A stretch of DNA of 62,811 nt, counting the filler, from an uncultured bacterium (GTDB lineage: Bacteria; CAZDME01; JAYEMH01): assembly GCA_964506785.1 (NCBI GenBank). It is 11 parts of 11 records of this genome, joined end to end, with 100 filler letters (N's around TTAATTAATTAA, not from the genome) between each part and the next. Parts side by side here need not be neighbours in the genome. Positions count along the whole stretch, not along the records: positions 37,144 to 42,643 come from CAZDME010000072.1; positions 42,744 to 47,868 come from CAZDME010000075.1; positions 47,969 to 52,959 come from CAZDME010000076.1; 8 more parts are not named here. The stretch is one strand, 5' to 3'. Position numbers and translations under genes: made by a program. Under the pieces are notes generated by a model. It worked only from the letters and a program-made list of their open reading frames with translations. It had not been told where the DNA came from and did no database searches. Every line of letters starts with the position of its first letter. The stretch's first letter is position 1. This document shows positions 40,292-49,987 of the stretch, one piece after another.

Positions 40292-41161
40292 CTATATTTC
40301 TACTTTTAAGAAAATCCTTACCAAAAAACCTATGGCAAATGACAAAGCCGCCACCCCTAAACTTATCAAAGCCATCTCTAGAAACCTTTTTTTGAAAGGA
40401 ATATCTTTAGCCACCGAAATGTAAAAGGTGAATATCAGAATCACTATAATAGCATTAAAAAGGACAAACCCTAAACAAAAAAAGTAATTTTTAAAAAAAA
40501 GATAAGGAAAAAGAAGAAAAAATACGGTGAGAATATAGGCAACTCCGGTGTAAATCGAAGCTTTAAGAGGATTTTTCTCGGTTTTTTCCGATTTGGTGGA
40601 AAGATACTCCGAGGCAGCCATGGAAAAAGAAGCGGCAACTCCGGTAACTAAACCTGCAGTGGCAATCAGGAGGGTGTTTTGCAAAGCCAGAGTGAATCCG
40701 GCTAAGGCTCCGGTAAGCTCGACCAAAGCATCGTTTAACCCCAGGACCATCGAGCCTACATATTTAAGCCGTTCTTCATCTATCAGATTTATAAGCTCGC
40801 GCTCGTGCTCGTCCTCATCCTGAATGATACTTTTGGCCTCGGGAATGAATTTAGAAATCTCCCCATATGAAAGCTGGGCCTGTTCTTCGCCTTTCTCCAT
40901 GAGCTTTATGCCAAAGGTGACACCGAAGAGTCTTGAAATTAAATAATACGCCCAGATCCTGAATTTGTCGGGTTTAACCTCTTTGCCTGTCCGCTCTTTC
41001 CAAAAGTGATAATGCCTTAATTCATCCTTCGATATCTCTTTTAAAATCTTTTTATTATGGGGTTCTTTAATAGAAAGAGACAGCTTTTCATAAATAAAAT
41101 GTTCGGTTATTTCACTTTTTTGCGCCAGCAAAATTTTATTTTTTATTCCCCGGGTTAACAT
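40292..41161 (-). CDS. VIT1/CCC1 iron transporter with N-terminal rubrerythrin-like domain
   Basis: DELRH and DEDEHE, then VLGLNDALVE, SMAASEYLS and TM helices. Confidence 0.88.
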   Translation of the reverse strand: MLTRGIKNKILLAQKSEITEHFIYEKLSLSIKEPHNKKILKEISKDELRHYHFWKERTGKEVKPDKFRIWAYYLISRLFGVTFGIKLMEKGEEQAQLSYGEISKFIPEAKSIIQDEDEHERELINLIDEERLKYVGSMVLGLNDALVELTGALAGFTLALQNTLLIATAGLVTGVAASFSMAASEYLSTKSEKTEKNPLKASIYTGVAYILTVFFLLFPYLFFKNYFFCLGFVLFNAIIVILIFTFYISVAKDIPFKKRFLEMALISLGVAALSFAIGFLVRIFLKVEI

Positions 41162-41185
41162 TTTAACCGCTCTAATCTTAAATTT

Positions 41186-41581
41186 TTATTCGACCTCTAT
41201 CCCTTTAGCGCTTTCCCAAAGGCCATGAATGTTGCAGTAAGAACCGGCCAGAATGACACCGGCTTTATCCGTTTTGAAGCTCAAAACTATCTCAGGATGG
41301 GTATAAACCCCACTGGTATCCGGCCCCTGGGTGGACTCACCATGGCTGGTAAAATCAAACTTGCCGAGTTGATAAGGAAATTTTTCACCCTGAGCCAAAA
41401 AGTAAATCTCTATCCACCGGATGTGATGCTCGGTAGTATTGGGATGGGCAATCTCCTTTCCCACCCCTATCTTAATCTGGAAAATCTTGCCTTTTTTTAC
41501 CTTATCCGGACCTTCGATAACGGGAACATGTTTCTCCTTTTTCCAATCGGCACTCTGAAAAAACTCTTTAATACTGTTCAT
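41186..41581 (-). CDS. Superoxide reductase (neelaredoxin, 1Fe type)
   Basis: EKHVP, HPNTTEHHIRW, CNIHGLW. Confidence 0.92.
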   Translation of the reverse strand: MNSIKEFFQSADWKKEKHVPVIEGPDKVKKGKIFQIKIGVGKEIAHPNTTEHHIRWIEIYFLAQGEKFPYQLGKFDFTSHGESTQGPDTSGVYTHPEIVLSFKTDKAGVILAGSYCNIHGLWESAKGIEVE

Positions 41582-41614
41582 TTCGACACCCCTTCATTAT
41601 TTAATCCCTTGGGT

Positions 41615-42643
41615 TTAAAAGGCATTTTTTTCACAAGCGGATATGGCCTCATCAACCTGTTTTTGTAAAACATCAGGAAGGCCCATAATGGAGGTATCCA
41701 AAAATCCTCTAACAATTGCCGCCTGAGCCTCATTTTGACTTAACCCCCTGGCCATAAGATATTCTATTTCATCATGAGCAATTTTACCCACGGCCGCCTC
41801 GTGAGACATATCCACGCCTTGAACTCTTCCTTCGAGTTCCGGAATGGCATGAATCAAACCCGTATCAGTTAACATAAGCCCCCGGCATTCCAGGTGAGCC
41901 TTTATTCCTTTTTTCTCTCCTTTGAGGTGCCCTCGGGCAATAATCTCTCCGCCAAGACTAATGGCCCGGGCTATTACTTCTGCTTTTGAATCTTCGGCTT
42001 TCAGAATCACCCTGGAGCCAACATCAAGATGGGACCCCGGGTAGGCAAAGAGAATAGAGTTAAAACGGGCTAAAGCGCGCTTACCGATTAACTCAACCTG
42101 AGGATACATCTGGAGATTCTGAACTGGTTTCAAACAGATATAATTGGATAAGAAACTGCCATCTTCTTCAACTAAAACAGCCGTCCGCGGCCGGACAACC
42201 ACCTCTTCAGTCCAGTTATGTATCATCGTAAAAGTAAGTTTTGCTCCTTTCTTTACATAAAATTCTGAGATACCGATGTGAAGACCCCGGCGGACATCAC
42301 TGGATGAGGCACAACCAGTAATAATCTGTAAATCTGAACCTTCTTCGGCAATGATTATATTATGAACATTTTGAATTATGTTGTTTTCATTGATAAAAAG
42401 GCAAGCCTGCAAGGGATAAACTGTTTTTACCCCGGGGAGGGCCCTTAAGAAATATCCGTAATGGGGCTGGTTTTGAGCTTGCCTGGTAAATTCATCGGCA
42501 TTTATTGAAACTAATTTCCAAAATAAATTATCCAGCCATTCATATTTTTTGAGGGCTTCGGAAGCACTCATTACCTCAAGCCCGGGATAAAGGCTTCTGG
42601 CGTGGACAACGCTGTGATCCATCTGAAGGTACGTTCCAGAACG
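41615..42643 (-). CDS. SufB/SufD-family Fe-S scaffold protein (5' truncated)
   Basis: HNIIIAEE, ITGC, HLECRGL, AIPEL, SHEAAVGKI, YLMARGL. Confidence 0.9.
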   Translation of the reverse strand, partial: RSGTYLQMDHSVVHARSLYPGLEVMSASEALKKYEWLDNLFWKLVSINADEFTRQAQNQPHYGYFLRALPGVKTVYPLQACLFINENNIIQNVHNIIIAEEGSDLQIITGCASSSDVRRGLHIGISEFYVKKGAKLTFTMIHNWTEEVVVRPRTAVLVEEDGSFLSNYICLKPVQNLQMYPQVELIGKRALARFNSILFAYPGSHLDVGSRVILKAEDSKAEVIARAISLGGEIIARGHLKGEKKGIKAHLECRGLMLTDTGLIHAIPELEGRVQGVDMSHEAAVGKIAHDEIEYLMARGLSQNEAQAAIVRGFLDTSIMGLPDVLQKQVDEAISACEKNAF

Positions 42644-42743
42644 NNNNNNNNNNNNNNNNNNNNNNNNNNNNNNNNNNNNNNNNNNNNTTAATTAATTAAN
42701 NNNNNNNNNNNNNNNNNNNNNNNNNNNNNNNNNNNNNNNNNNN
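42644..42743. other. Artificial contig linker
   Basis: N-run, TTAATTAATTAA, N-run. Confidence 0.98.
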
Positions 42744-42840
42744 CTAAAGGATTCGACTCGTCTTTCTTTCGTTCGTGAAAAGTATGCGAACATCCCGTAA
42801 TAATAAGCATAATGATAAATGTCAGGTATATATTTCTCAT
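42744..42840 (-). CDS. N-terminus of a lipoprotein (3' truncated)
   Basis: Manual translation MRNIYLTFIIMLIITGCSHTF...; lipobox ITGC. Confidence 0.5.
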
Positions 42841-42851
42841 TTAGCATTCTC

Positions 42852-43313
42852 TCAGTTTAGCATTAACAGCGCTGAATTAAGCAAAAGCGCGAAGCTTATC
42901 CATAAAATATATGGCGTAAGCAAAAAAAACGCCGGTTTTGAAATATTAAAAAAAACTGCCATAGTCCATACTATAGCCAGCCACAAAAACACGATTACAA
43001 TCATGCCGCCGCCTATTGACCTGCCCCCGAAAAAAACAACCGGCCATAAACTGTTTAAAGACAGTTGCAGAACAAAAATCGCCAGCGCCGATCTTACGCC
43101 GGGCGTTCGTAATCCTTTACGCCAAACAGTGTATGCCGCGATACCCATCATGGTATACAAAATTATCCATACGGGCCCAAAAATCCGGTCAGGCGGGTTA
43201 AAAAATGGTTTTTTGAGACTCTCGTACCATAACGGCATAGAATATCGAGTAAACAACCCTCCGATTACTCCGGCAAGCTGACAAAGTAAAATGCTTATTA
43301 ACAGTTTAAACAT
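42852..43313 (-). CDS. tspO: TspO/MBR tryptophan-rich sensory protein
   Basis: WYESLKKPFFNPP..FGPVW.ILY, QLSLNSLW, PYILWISFA. Confidence 0.93.
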   Translation of the reverse strand: MFKLLISILLCQLAGVIGGLFTRYSMPLWYESLKKPFFNPPDRIFGPVWIILYTMMGIAAYTVWRKGLRTPGVRSALAIFVLQLSLNSLWPVVFFGGRSIGGGMIVIVFLWLAIVWTMAVFFNISKPAFFLLTPYILWISFALLLNSALLMLN

Positions 43314-43314
43314 A

Positions 43315-44214
43315 TCAGGCCGTACCGCCGAAACGTTTATCGCCTTTAAGCGCTTTTACCGCTTTTAAGGCGCTCTTTTCTTTATCCTTAATCTCTAACA
43401 TTATATCAAAATCATAAGGCCTGGATGCTTTTAAAAAAGTCTTAAAACTTTTTATATCGATAGATTCCGCGTGGCTTCCGGGTTTTGCATTTTTTTTCTG
43501 GAGGCTGTAATCCACCATTAAAATCCCGTCTTTTTCTTTCCATGTTCTACGCGATAACTTTATTGCGCCCGACACCGATTCTCCGGAGCAGTTTACCGAG
43601 TGATGAAATACGTCAAAAAGTACGGGAACGCCTATTTTATTACTTATAGACATACAATTTCTCAATGTATAGCTAACGTCGTCGTTTTCGATAACAAGCC
43701 GTCTCTTTACTGCGCTATCTAACTTGCCAAAGCGGTATATAAACCTATCGATGCTTTCTTTCTTATTTCCATACACGCCGCCCACATGTATCTGCATCTT
43801 CGCTTTATTGTCGAGTTCCATTAAGTCAAGAACCTGTGCATGATAAAGAAGCTCTTTATGGCTTCTTTTGAAAATATCTTCATCTAGTGAATTTATAAGC
43901 GTAAATTGATCGGGGTGCATGGATATTCTTATGCCATGCTTCTTAATAAATTTTCCTATCTCTATAAAAGTACTTTTAAAATGCTCCTGCCAATTAAATT
44001 TGCATACCGGATGGGAGGCAAAAGGCACAAGAACTGAAGATATCCTGAAGAAAAAAATATTGTTTTTTACGTTAAATCGCAGCATCTTTAAAAGGCAATC
44101 CAGGTTGTTCTCAACTGATTCAATAAGACGGCTGTCTGAATAAGATTTCAGCCTGAATGTCTTACCGGCTTTGCATCCTAACGTCCGATTTAAACAAGGG
44201 TAACCTATTCTCAT
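43315..44214 (-). CDS. uvsE: UV DNA damage repair endonuclease
   Basis: MRIGYPC, FFRISS, SMHPDQF, IHVGG, IENDD, FDVFHH, MLEIKDKE. Confidence 0.93.
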   Translation of the reverse strand: MRIGYPCLNRTLGCKAGKTFRLKSYSDSRLIESVENNLDCLLKMLRFNVKNNIFFFRISSVLVPFASHPVCKFNWQEHFKSTFIEIGKFIKKHGIRISMHPDQFTLINSLDEDIFKRSHKELLYHAQVLDLMELDNKAKMQIHVGGVYGNKKESIDRFIYRFGKLDSAVKRRLVIENDDVSYTLRNCMSISNKIGVPVLFDVFHHSVNCSGESVSGAIKLSRRTWKEKDGILMVDYSLQKKNAKPGSHAESIDIKSFKTFLKASRPYDFDIMLEIKDKEKSALKAVKALKGDKRFGGTA

Positions 44215-44651
44215 TTCATTTCCAGCTCTAAGACTTCCTGAAATCGCTGTACAAAAATATATCTATCAACCTTTATGGAAACTATAGACGTTTCCGGGTC
44301 ATTGATAAAACCTCTTAAATGGGGAAATCTTTTTAAATAGAGTTTTTTATACTTTGTTTGTAGGGGTAAGTTTACCCGTTTCGCCTTTCCGTTCACTGTC
44401 AAAGCAACAGCATCCTTGAAATCTCTGACATAATTTCTTCTGCTATCGATTAACATAGATACATTACGGTGTTTAATAATGTTTCTATACTTTCTCGTAT
44501 GGCGCATCGTAGCAAAAAGTATAAATCTAAGGTCTTTTGTAAAAGAAAATCCTACCAAGGTGCCATAAGGATAGATATCCCCTTGAGTCGCAAGAACGCC
44601 TAATGTCTGCTTTTTTAGAAGTTCTTTTACTTTGTCTTTTAGCTTAGACAC
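44211..44651 (-). CDS. Pyridoxamine 5'-phosphate oxidase family protein
   Basis: GVLAT...PYGTLV, FAT..TRKYRN, VSMLIDSR. Confidence 0.8.
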   Translation of the reverse strand: MSKLKDKVKELLKKQTLGVLATQGDIYPYGTLVGFSFTKDLRFILFATMRHTRKYRNIIKHRNVSMLIDSRRNYVRDFKDAVALTVNGKAKRVNLPLQTKYKKLYLKRFPHLRGFINDPETSIVSIKVDRYIFVQRFQEVLELEMK

Positions 44652-45004
44652 GTTTTTCCTGTCTCGCCTTTTGCATACTTTCGGTTACCCTTCGAATCTC
44701 GTATCTATGCATATATCAGGCACTTACAAATAGCCGTACATATCTTTTAAAAAACCTAAAATCATCATACAATAACGGATCTGGCGGCCATCCGAAAATA
44801 CGGATATAGATATTCTCTACTTTAATAGACAGATTATAGCATAAGGAGCGGGATGGGAACAGATTTATAATTCCGTGTAATCCCGAAGCTGAACGCGAAA
44901 GCGATTCAGTGAAAAAGCGGCAAAAAGTTTAAAAAGTGCCTGATTTTCTTCTTATTTTTTAGGGCAGGGGGTGGTTTTTGACGTAAGCAAAAATGGATTC
45001 TTCA

Positions 45005-45199
45005 TCAAGGCGATTTCGGCATTTTATCTTTGTCGCCGTTATTGAACTTTTCCTTTTTAGCGCTGAGTCCGTCCTCTAAATTTTCCAATTCCCGCATCAT
45101 TTCAATAGAAACTGAATGAGCGGGCATCCTTTTCTTTAACTCCTCTATTTTCTTTTCAATAGCCAAAATTTTCCCTTTAAGCCTGTTTTCAGTTTCCAA
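45005..45199 (-). CDS. Small coiled-coil hypothetical protein (PAHS motif)
   Basis: Helix-PAHS-helix pattern; co-oriented with neighbours. Confidence 0.55.
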   Translation of the reverse strand: METENRLKGKILAIEKKIEELKKRMPAHSVSIEMMRELENLEDGLSAKKEKFNNGDKDKMPKSP

Positions 45200-45231
45200 T
45201 TTTCAGCATCTTTTTATTACTAATTCTCAAC

Positions 45232-45864
45232 CTAAAAAATTCCATCCATCAAAAAACATTTTAATCTATTAAGAGAAATTTTGTAAGGTTCTATATTAAG
45301 CTTCATCCAATCCGCAAATTCGAGTAACTTCTCAGGCGAATTACTCGAATATTTCTCAAATATGCCGATGGGGTCGAGTAAAATTGCCTTATCATGCCGG
45401 GGGAAGGTCTCATTAACCTTGCCCTGATCCCAATCCTTAAAAATTACTTTCCGGTATTCCAGCCAGCCGGGAGAAAGCCAATATACTTTTTTACCCATGC
45501 TTATCTTTTCTCTTTCATCCATGCCGGCAAGCATGTCAATACAGTTTTTTGCCTTAATTCTTTTAGCGTCCGCGCCTGTTTCCTGAATAATTCTATCTAT
45601 GCCCCTTGAAGGATCTTTGGTATCGATAAAACATTTCTCGCCATACACTATAAGGATTTTTTTTGAATACTTTTTCGCATTTTCAATTTGTTTCTTAAGC
45701 TGTTTTTCGAGTTCATGGGGAATTTCGTGCAGGCCGGGTGCGGTATATAAAAGCTTATCGGCGTTCAAAAAACCCTCTTCCCTTAAAAGGTTGAGCTCAC
45801 GGCTCAATATACCGCAGGATATCACGGTATATTCCTTAAAATTTGCCGAAGGAAATGTTTTCAT
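45232..45864 (-). CDS. DUF1638-family protein
   Basis: ISCG, PGLH..P..L, VYG.KC, NCIDML, YWLSPGW. Confidence 0.75.
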   Translation of the reverse strand: MKTFPSANFKEYTVISCGILSRELNLLREEGFLNADKLLYTAPGLHEIPHELEKQLKKQIENAKKYSKKILIVYGEKCFIDTKDPSRGIDRIIQETGADAKRIKAKNCIDMLAGMDEREKISMGKKVYWLSPGWLEYRKVIFKDWDQGKVNETFPRHDKAILLDPIGIFEKYSSNSPEKLLEFADWMKLNIEPYKISLNRLKCFLMDGIF

Positions 45865-45865
45865 T

Positions 45866-46627
45866 TCAAATTAAATTTCCCGTATCGTTCAAAATCTTTT
45901 TAACAGAAACGCAGGCGGGTGAATTATCAGGGAGCCCTAACAACGACTTACCGCTTAAATTATATTTCTTTAATTCCATGTCATATGGTATTTTTCCCGT
46001 ATAATATCGGCTGATTTTACGCAAATGCTCCTCTGACTCCGGCTCAAACTCATGGTTCCCCATTGCGTAAAGATGTTTATATTTAATATCGCAAGATTTA
46101 GTTATATCTTCCACTCTTTTTATATGTTTTATCGATTTTAACGAAGGGTCTAAAAATATAAAAAGGTCGTCTATATCCGACGTTATCTTTCTATTTAAAT
46201 GCTCCACCCCCGCGGGTGAATCTATTACTATATTTCTATAGCTTTTGGACAATCTCGGAATATTTTCTTTTAGTAAATCATCCGGGACGCAATAGCAGCC
46301 CGGCAGTAATTTTACGCCCAGTGTAAGCAGATCAAAATTTTCCCCCTCATGTAAGCAGTCGCTTTGAAGCAGGTATTCCATCTGATGATGCAAGGGCGTC
46401 GAGTCGAATTCCTTGCCGCCTTTTCTTTTCCGTATAATATTGTAAAGCGCGTCTGAAACAGTTATCGTCTGATCATTATCTAAATTTATGCCGAGCATAT
46501 CTGCCAGATTCTGGTCAGGGTCAAGGTCAATAAGAAGTGATGGGGCCTTAAGATATCTGGCGGCCAATGCCACAAATGTGGTTTTTCCGGTACCGCCTCT
46601 TCCGGTAGAAACTATTATTTTAGCCAT
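45866..46627 (-). CDS. CooC/AcsF-like nickel-insertion ATPase (MinD/ParA superfamily)
   Basis: GRGGTGKTT, IDLDPD.NL, GCYC, DSPAGVEHLNR. Confidence 0.85.
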   Translation of the reverse strand: MAKIIVSTGRGGTGKTTFVALAARYLKAPSLLIDLDPDQNLADMLGINLDNDQTITVSDALYNIIRKRKGGKEFDSTPLHHQMEYLLQSDCLHEGENFDLLTLGVKLLPGCYCVPDDLLKENIPRLSKSYRNIVIDSPAGVEHLNRKITSDIDDLFIFLDPSLKSIKHIKRVEDITKSCDIKYKHLYAMGNHEFEPESEEHLRKISRYYTGKIPYDMELKKYNLSGKSLLGLPDNSPACVSVKKILNDTGNLI

Positions 46628-46661
46628 TTTTTGATTTTATTCCCTTACCTTTCTTTTTTTG

Positions 46662-47868
46662 TCAGGATGCCGCTGATTGGGATTCATCCAGTGAATGCGT
46701 GGGCGCAACGATTCTTTCAAGCCGATTACCATGATATTTCTTAACCATTTCTCTCACTGTTGAATTTTCATCTATTTTATAAATATCTACAAAATTCTCC
46801 TTCAGCATATAAAAAGATAACTCCCCTATTTGGCAGGTGAACAATATATCCAGCTTGTACTTAATGACCGCTTTTATGACCTTAATTCCTATATGTTTCT
46901 TTTCGTCCAAAAACTCATTATAATAAAAATCCTCTATTTCCGCGCCTTTATCGCTCATGCGTAAAATAATATAGTACGGGGCTCGTCCGAAATGGCCGTG
47001 AACTTTTGAATTTAAACCGTCGATATCTTTCACCGGAATAATTGCCGACACAATGCTCTGCCTTGAAGGCTCAACATGTATAAAAACGGATTCGACATCT
47101 CCATAAGTTTTTATTATAGAATTTTCTGTTTTATCCGCGAGTTCATGCGCCCGATACAAAGGAAGCAAAGGCGAGGTCTGAATCTTACATTCCACCATTT
47201 TAAAAGGGCCTGATTGGCGGATTTTGACTTCACTCGTTCCCTTAACACCGTATATCTCATTTATCTTCTTCTCGATAAGAGATGCGAGCGCGGGGTCTAA
47301 ATTGGCGTCTAAAAGCGCCAATAAAGACATCCATACGCTCCTGATTCCTAATTTAACGATTAAAAGCGAAATAAAGACTATAATAAGCCCTTCTATAAGG
47401 GGAATCCGCAAATACGCCAGCCATATTCCCGCCAGAACGACTATCGAAGTGATAATATCTAAAAATGATTCCTGGGCATTGGCTATAAGGGATTGGGAAT
47501 TGATTTCTTTACCTGTCTTTTTTTCTTTTCTGGCTATAAAAAAAGCTCCTATGGCCGATAATCCACTTACAAAAAGAGGTAAAACAGGCAACTCCCCTTT
47601 TTGGGTTACATGAAAAAATTTATGAAAACCTTCTTTGAATATCCCGGCGCCGGCCGCGATTATAAAAATCCCTATCAAAAGAGTAACTAACGTTTCTGCC
47701 TTATACAATCCATATGGAAACTTCGCGCTTTTTTTCTTCCCTGCCAGCCAGAGCCCAAATCCGGAAGCGAAAATGGCCAAAAGGTCTGCCCCGCTATGAA
47801 AAGCATCAGCTAACAGTATCTTTGAATCGAAAAGATATCCTATAGCACCTTTGGTTACCGCTAAAAGC
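46662..47868 (-). CDS. Cation diffusion facilitator fused to a C-terminal NifB/NifX-like (FeMo-co binding) domain (5' truncated)
   Basis: FPYGLYKAE, AHELAD, FIHVEP, then HGHFGRAPYY. Confidence 0.85.
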
Positions 47869-47968
47869 NNNNNNNNNNNNNNNNNNNNNNNNNNNNNNNN
47901 NNNNNNNNNNNNTTAATTAATTAANNNNNNNNNNNNNNNNNNNNNNNNNNNNNNNNNNNNNNNNNNNN
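47869..47968. other. Artificial contig linker
   Basis: N-run, TTAATTAATTAA, N-run. Confidence 0.98.
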
Positions 47969-48040
47969 CGCTTTTTCCAAGGAGGTTATTCCACTCATCC
48001 CCTATTTCATAAAACTTATTTTCATCCTGAATAATTTCTA

Positions 48041-48586
48041 TCATTTTTTGTAAATTGTGCGCGCCAGTTGGGCTGCCTTTAGTTCAACTAAAGATAAATC
48101 CTCCACATTGGGCCGGCCTCTTATGTCACCCAGTCTTCCTTTTACACTTCCCTCATCCCAGCCATGGAATTCCCCAATCTCATACCACTCATCTTTTATA
48201 TCGAAACCAAGATGCTCAAAAAACTGCCTTATATATTTCCCAACAGGGATCGCCTCGTTTATCCCGCAGTGGGGGCCAGAATAGGTGCAAAAAACAAGAG
48301 CGCTTTTATTAATAATTGGCGGAGAAGATAAATTTACGTCTCCCGAGTTTCTATATCTTTTCTCATTTTTCTTAATAAAATTGAATACCGGCGGGGGGGG
48401 AAGCGAATGGAGCACCGGCGAACCAAAACAAACCAGGTCATAATCGAAAAAATCCTCCATTTCCGCTTCATTTACTTTTTTAACGTCTACATCGAGGCCT
48501 CCTTTCTTCAATCCTTTCTCAATCGCCAGGGCAACCTTTTCAGTATTACCCGTGTTCGAAAAATATATCACCAGGGCATTATTCAT
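48041..48586 (-). CDS. Flavodoxin-family protein
   Basis: ATG 48586 after AGGAGG; IYFSNTGNTEKVA, YDLVCFGSP, FCTYSG. Confidence 0.85.
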   Translation of the reverse strand: MNNALVIYFSNTGNTEKVALAIEKGLKKGGLDVDVKKVNEAEMEDFFDYDLVCFGSPVLHSLPPPPVFNFIKKNEKRYRNSGDVNLSSPPIINKSALVFCTYSGPHCGINEAIPVGKYIRQFFEHLGFDIKDEWYEIGEFHGWDEGSVKGRLGDIRGRPNVEDLSLVELKAAQLARTIYKK

Positions 48587-48753
48587 TTTGAGAACCTCCT
48601 TTAAAATTTCTCCTCCTTTAAAAAACCTATATTGCCACTTCCTATTTTTTTTGGGGCTAAAATTTTTTGCTAAATTCTTCAAAAATAATTTGAAAAGTTT
48701 TTCCTTTTTGCTATACACTAGCCAATCCTCTTTCACTAAAACTTTATATTTTC

Positions 48754-49968
48754 TTAGCTAAATATTTTCGTCCGCAAATACTGCCGGGCAAAAGGCCTAA
48801 AAATAAATCCTATCGGAGTGCCTTTCAGTTTTCTATGAGCAAACCACCCCAGGCGTTTTACCCCTGCTTTTTTGACCCTGGGAAGTTTATTTTCCCGGGA
48901 CATATTTCCCAAATTGGCCGCAATCAACCTTCTCGCCACCTCCGAAAATGCCTTTTGCCTATTGGTTTCCTTCAATATCTTTTTAATCTTAAAGGAAAAT
49001 CCCTCTCTAATCATTTTCTCAACTTCACCTTTATCAAACCCGCCTTCGTTTAAAAAATAAGATAAGATGCCACCGCAATTTGAAACAAAGCCCGGAATAT
49101 AGGTTATCCCTTTTTCAAAAAGCCGATGTTCAACTGCTTCGGTAGCCGCGATATTAGAAATAGGAATGATAATTCTTGCCTGAATCTGATTAATATTTTC
49201 TAAATTTATGCAGTCTGCCCGGGCGCCTGGAATAAGCAGGTCCGTCTTTTGTAAAATTAAATCTTTAGTAGCCCCTCTTTCCCCTTTCGGGTAAAAATTC
49301 ACCAGGCTATCCCCGTATTCCTTTTTTAAACTGCAAAGTCTCTGGATATCCAAGCCGTTAGGGTCAAATAGACCTCCGGACAATGTAGAAATACCGATAA
49401 TTTTAGAGCCGGCATTAGAAAATAATTTTGCCGCTTTTTCCCCGACTTTACCAAAACCCTCTATAGTTACAGAAAGTCCTTTTAACATTGCACCTTTATG
49501 CTTTAATAATTCCTCTGCTGTTAAAAATACGGTCAAAGCAGTAAAATAGCCAGAATCGATTTCTTTACTAGCTAAATAATTAATTCCTGCCCCCAGAAAG
49601 ATGTTTGATAAATCTTCGCTATTTATACCTAAGTCTTCACCCGGCGAATACTTTCCTTCTTTAATTAATCCCCTTATTTCTCTCCCAAACGCCAAACAGA
49701 GCTCTTTCTTTTTCTCCCTGTCCATTTTAGGATGTGCAACAATACCCGCTTTGGCACCGTCTTTTTTGATATTTAAAAAGGCGAATTTCATCGTCATCTC
49801 ATGGGCAAGATTAGCTATCTCTTCCAGGGTTACCTCTCCCGCCATTCTGATACCGCCAGTGGCAAAACCGTTCACGCATCTATCAATAACCACAAAAGCA
49901 GAAAGGCCGGAATTTTTATCTTTAAACTCTTTATAGAAATCTGGTTTTAATTTAGCTAATGATTCCAT
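48754..49968 (-). CDS. Glu/Leu/Phe/Val dehydrogenase-family protein
   Basis: GGIRM, MTMKF, GAKAG, GEDLG, EGFGKVG, PGFVSNCGG. Confidence 0.8.
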   Translation of the reverse strand: MESLAKLKPDFYKEFKDKNSGLSAFVVIDRCVNGFATGGIRMAGEVTLEEIANLAHEMTMKFAFLNIKKDGAKAGIVAHPKMDREKKKELCLAFGREIRGLIKEGKYSPGEDLGINSEDLSNIFLGAGINYLASKEIDSGYFTALTVFLTAEELLKHKGAMLKGLSVTIEGFGKVGEKAAKLFSNAGSKIIGISTLSGGLFDPNGLDIQRLCSLKKEYGDSLVNFYPKGERGATKDLILQKTDLLIPGARADCINLENINQIQARIIIPISNIAATEAVEHRLFEKGITYIPGFVSNCGGILSYFLNEGGFDKGEVEKMIREGFSFKIKKILKETNRQKAFSEVARRLIAANLGNMSRENKLPRVKKAGVKRLGWFAHRKLKGTPIGFIFRPFARQYLRTKIFS

Positions 49969-49987
49969 TGGATTTTTATTTTCTTTG

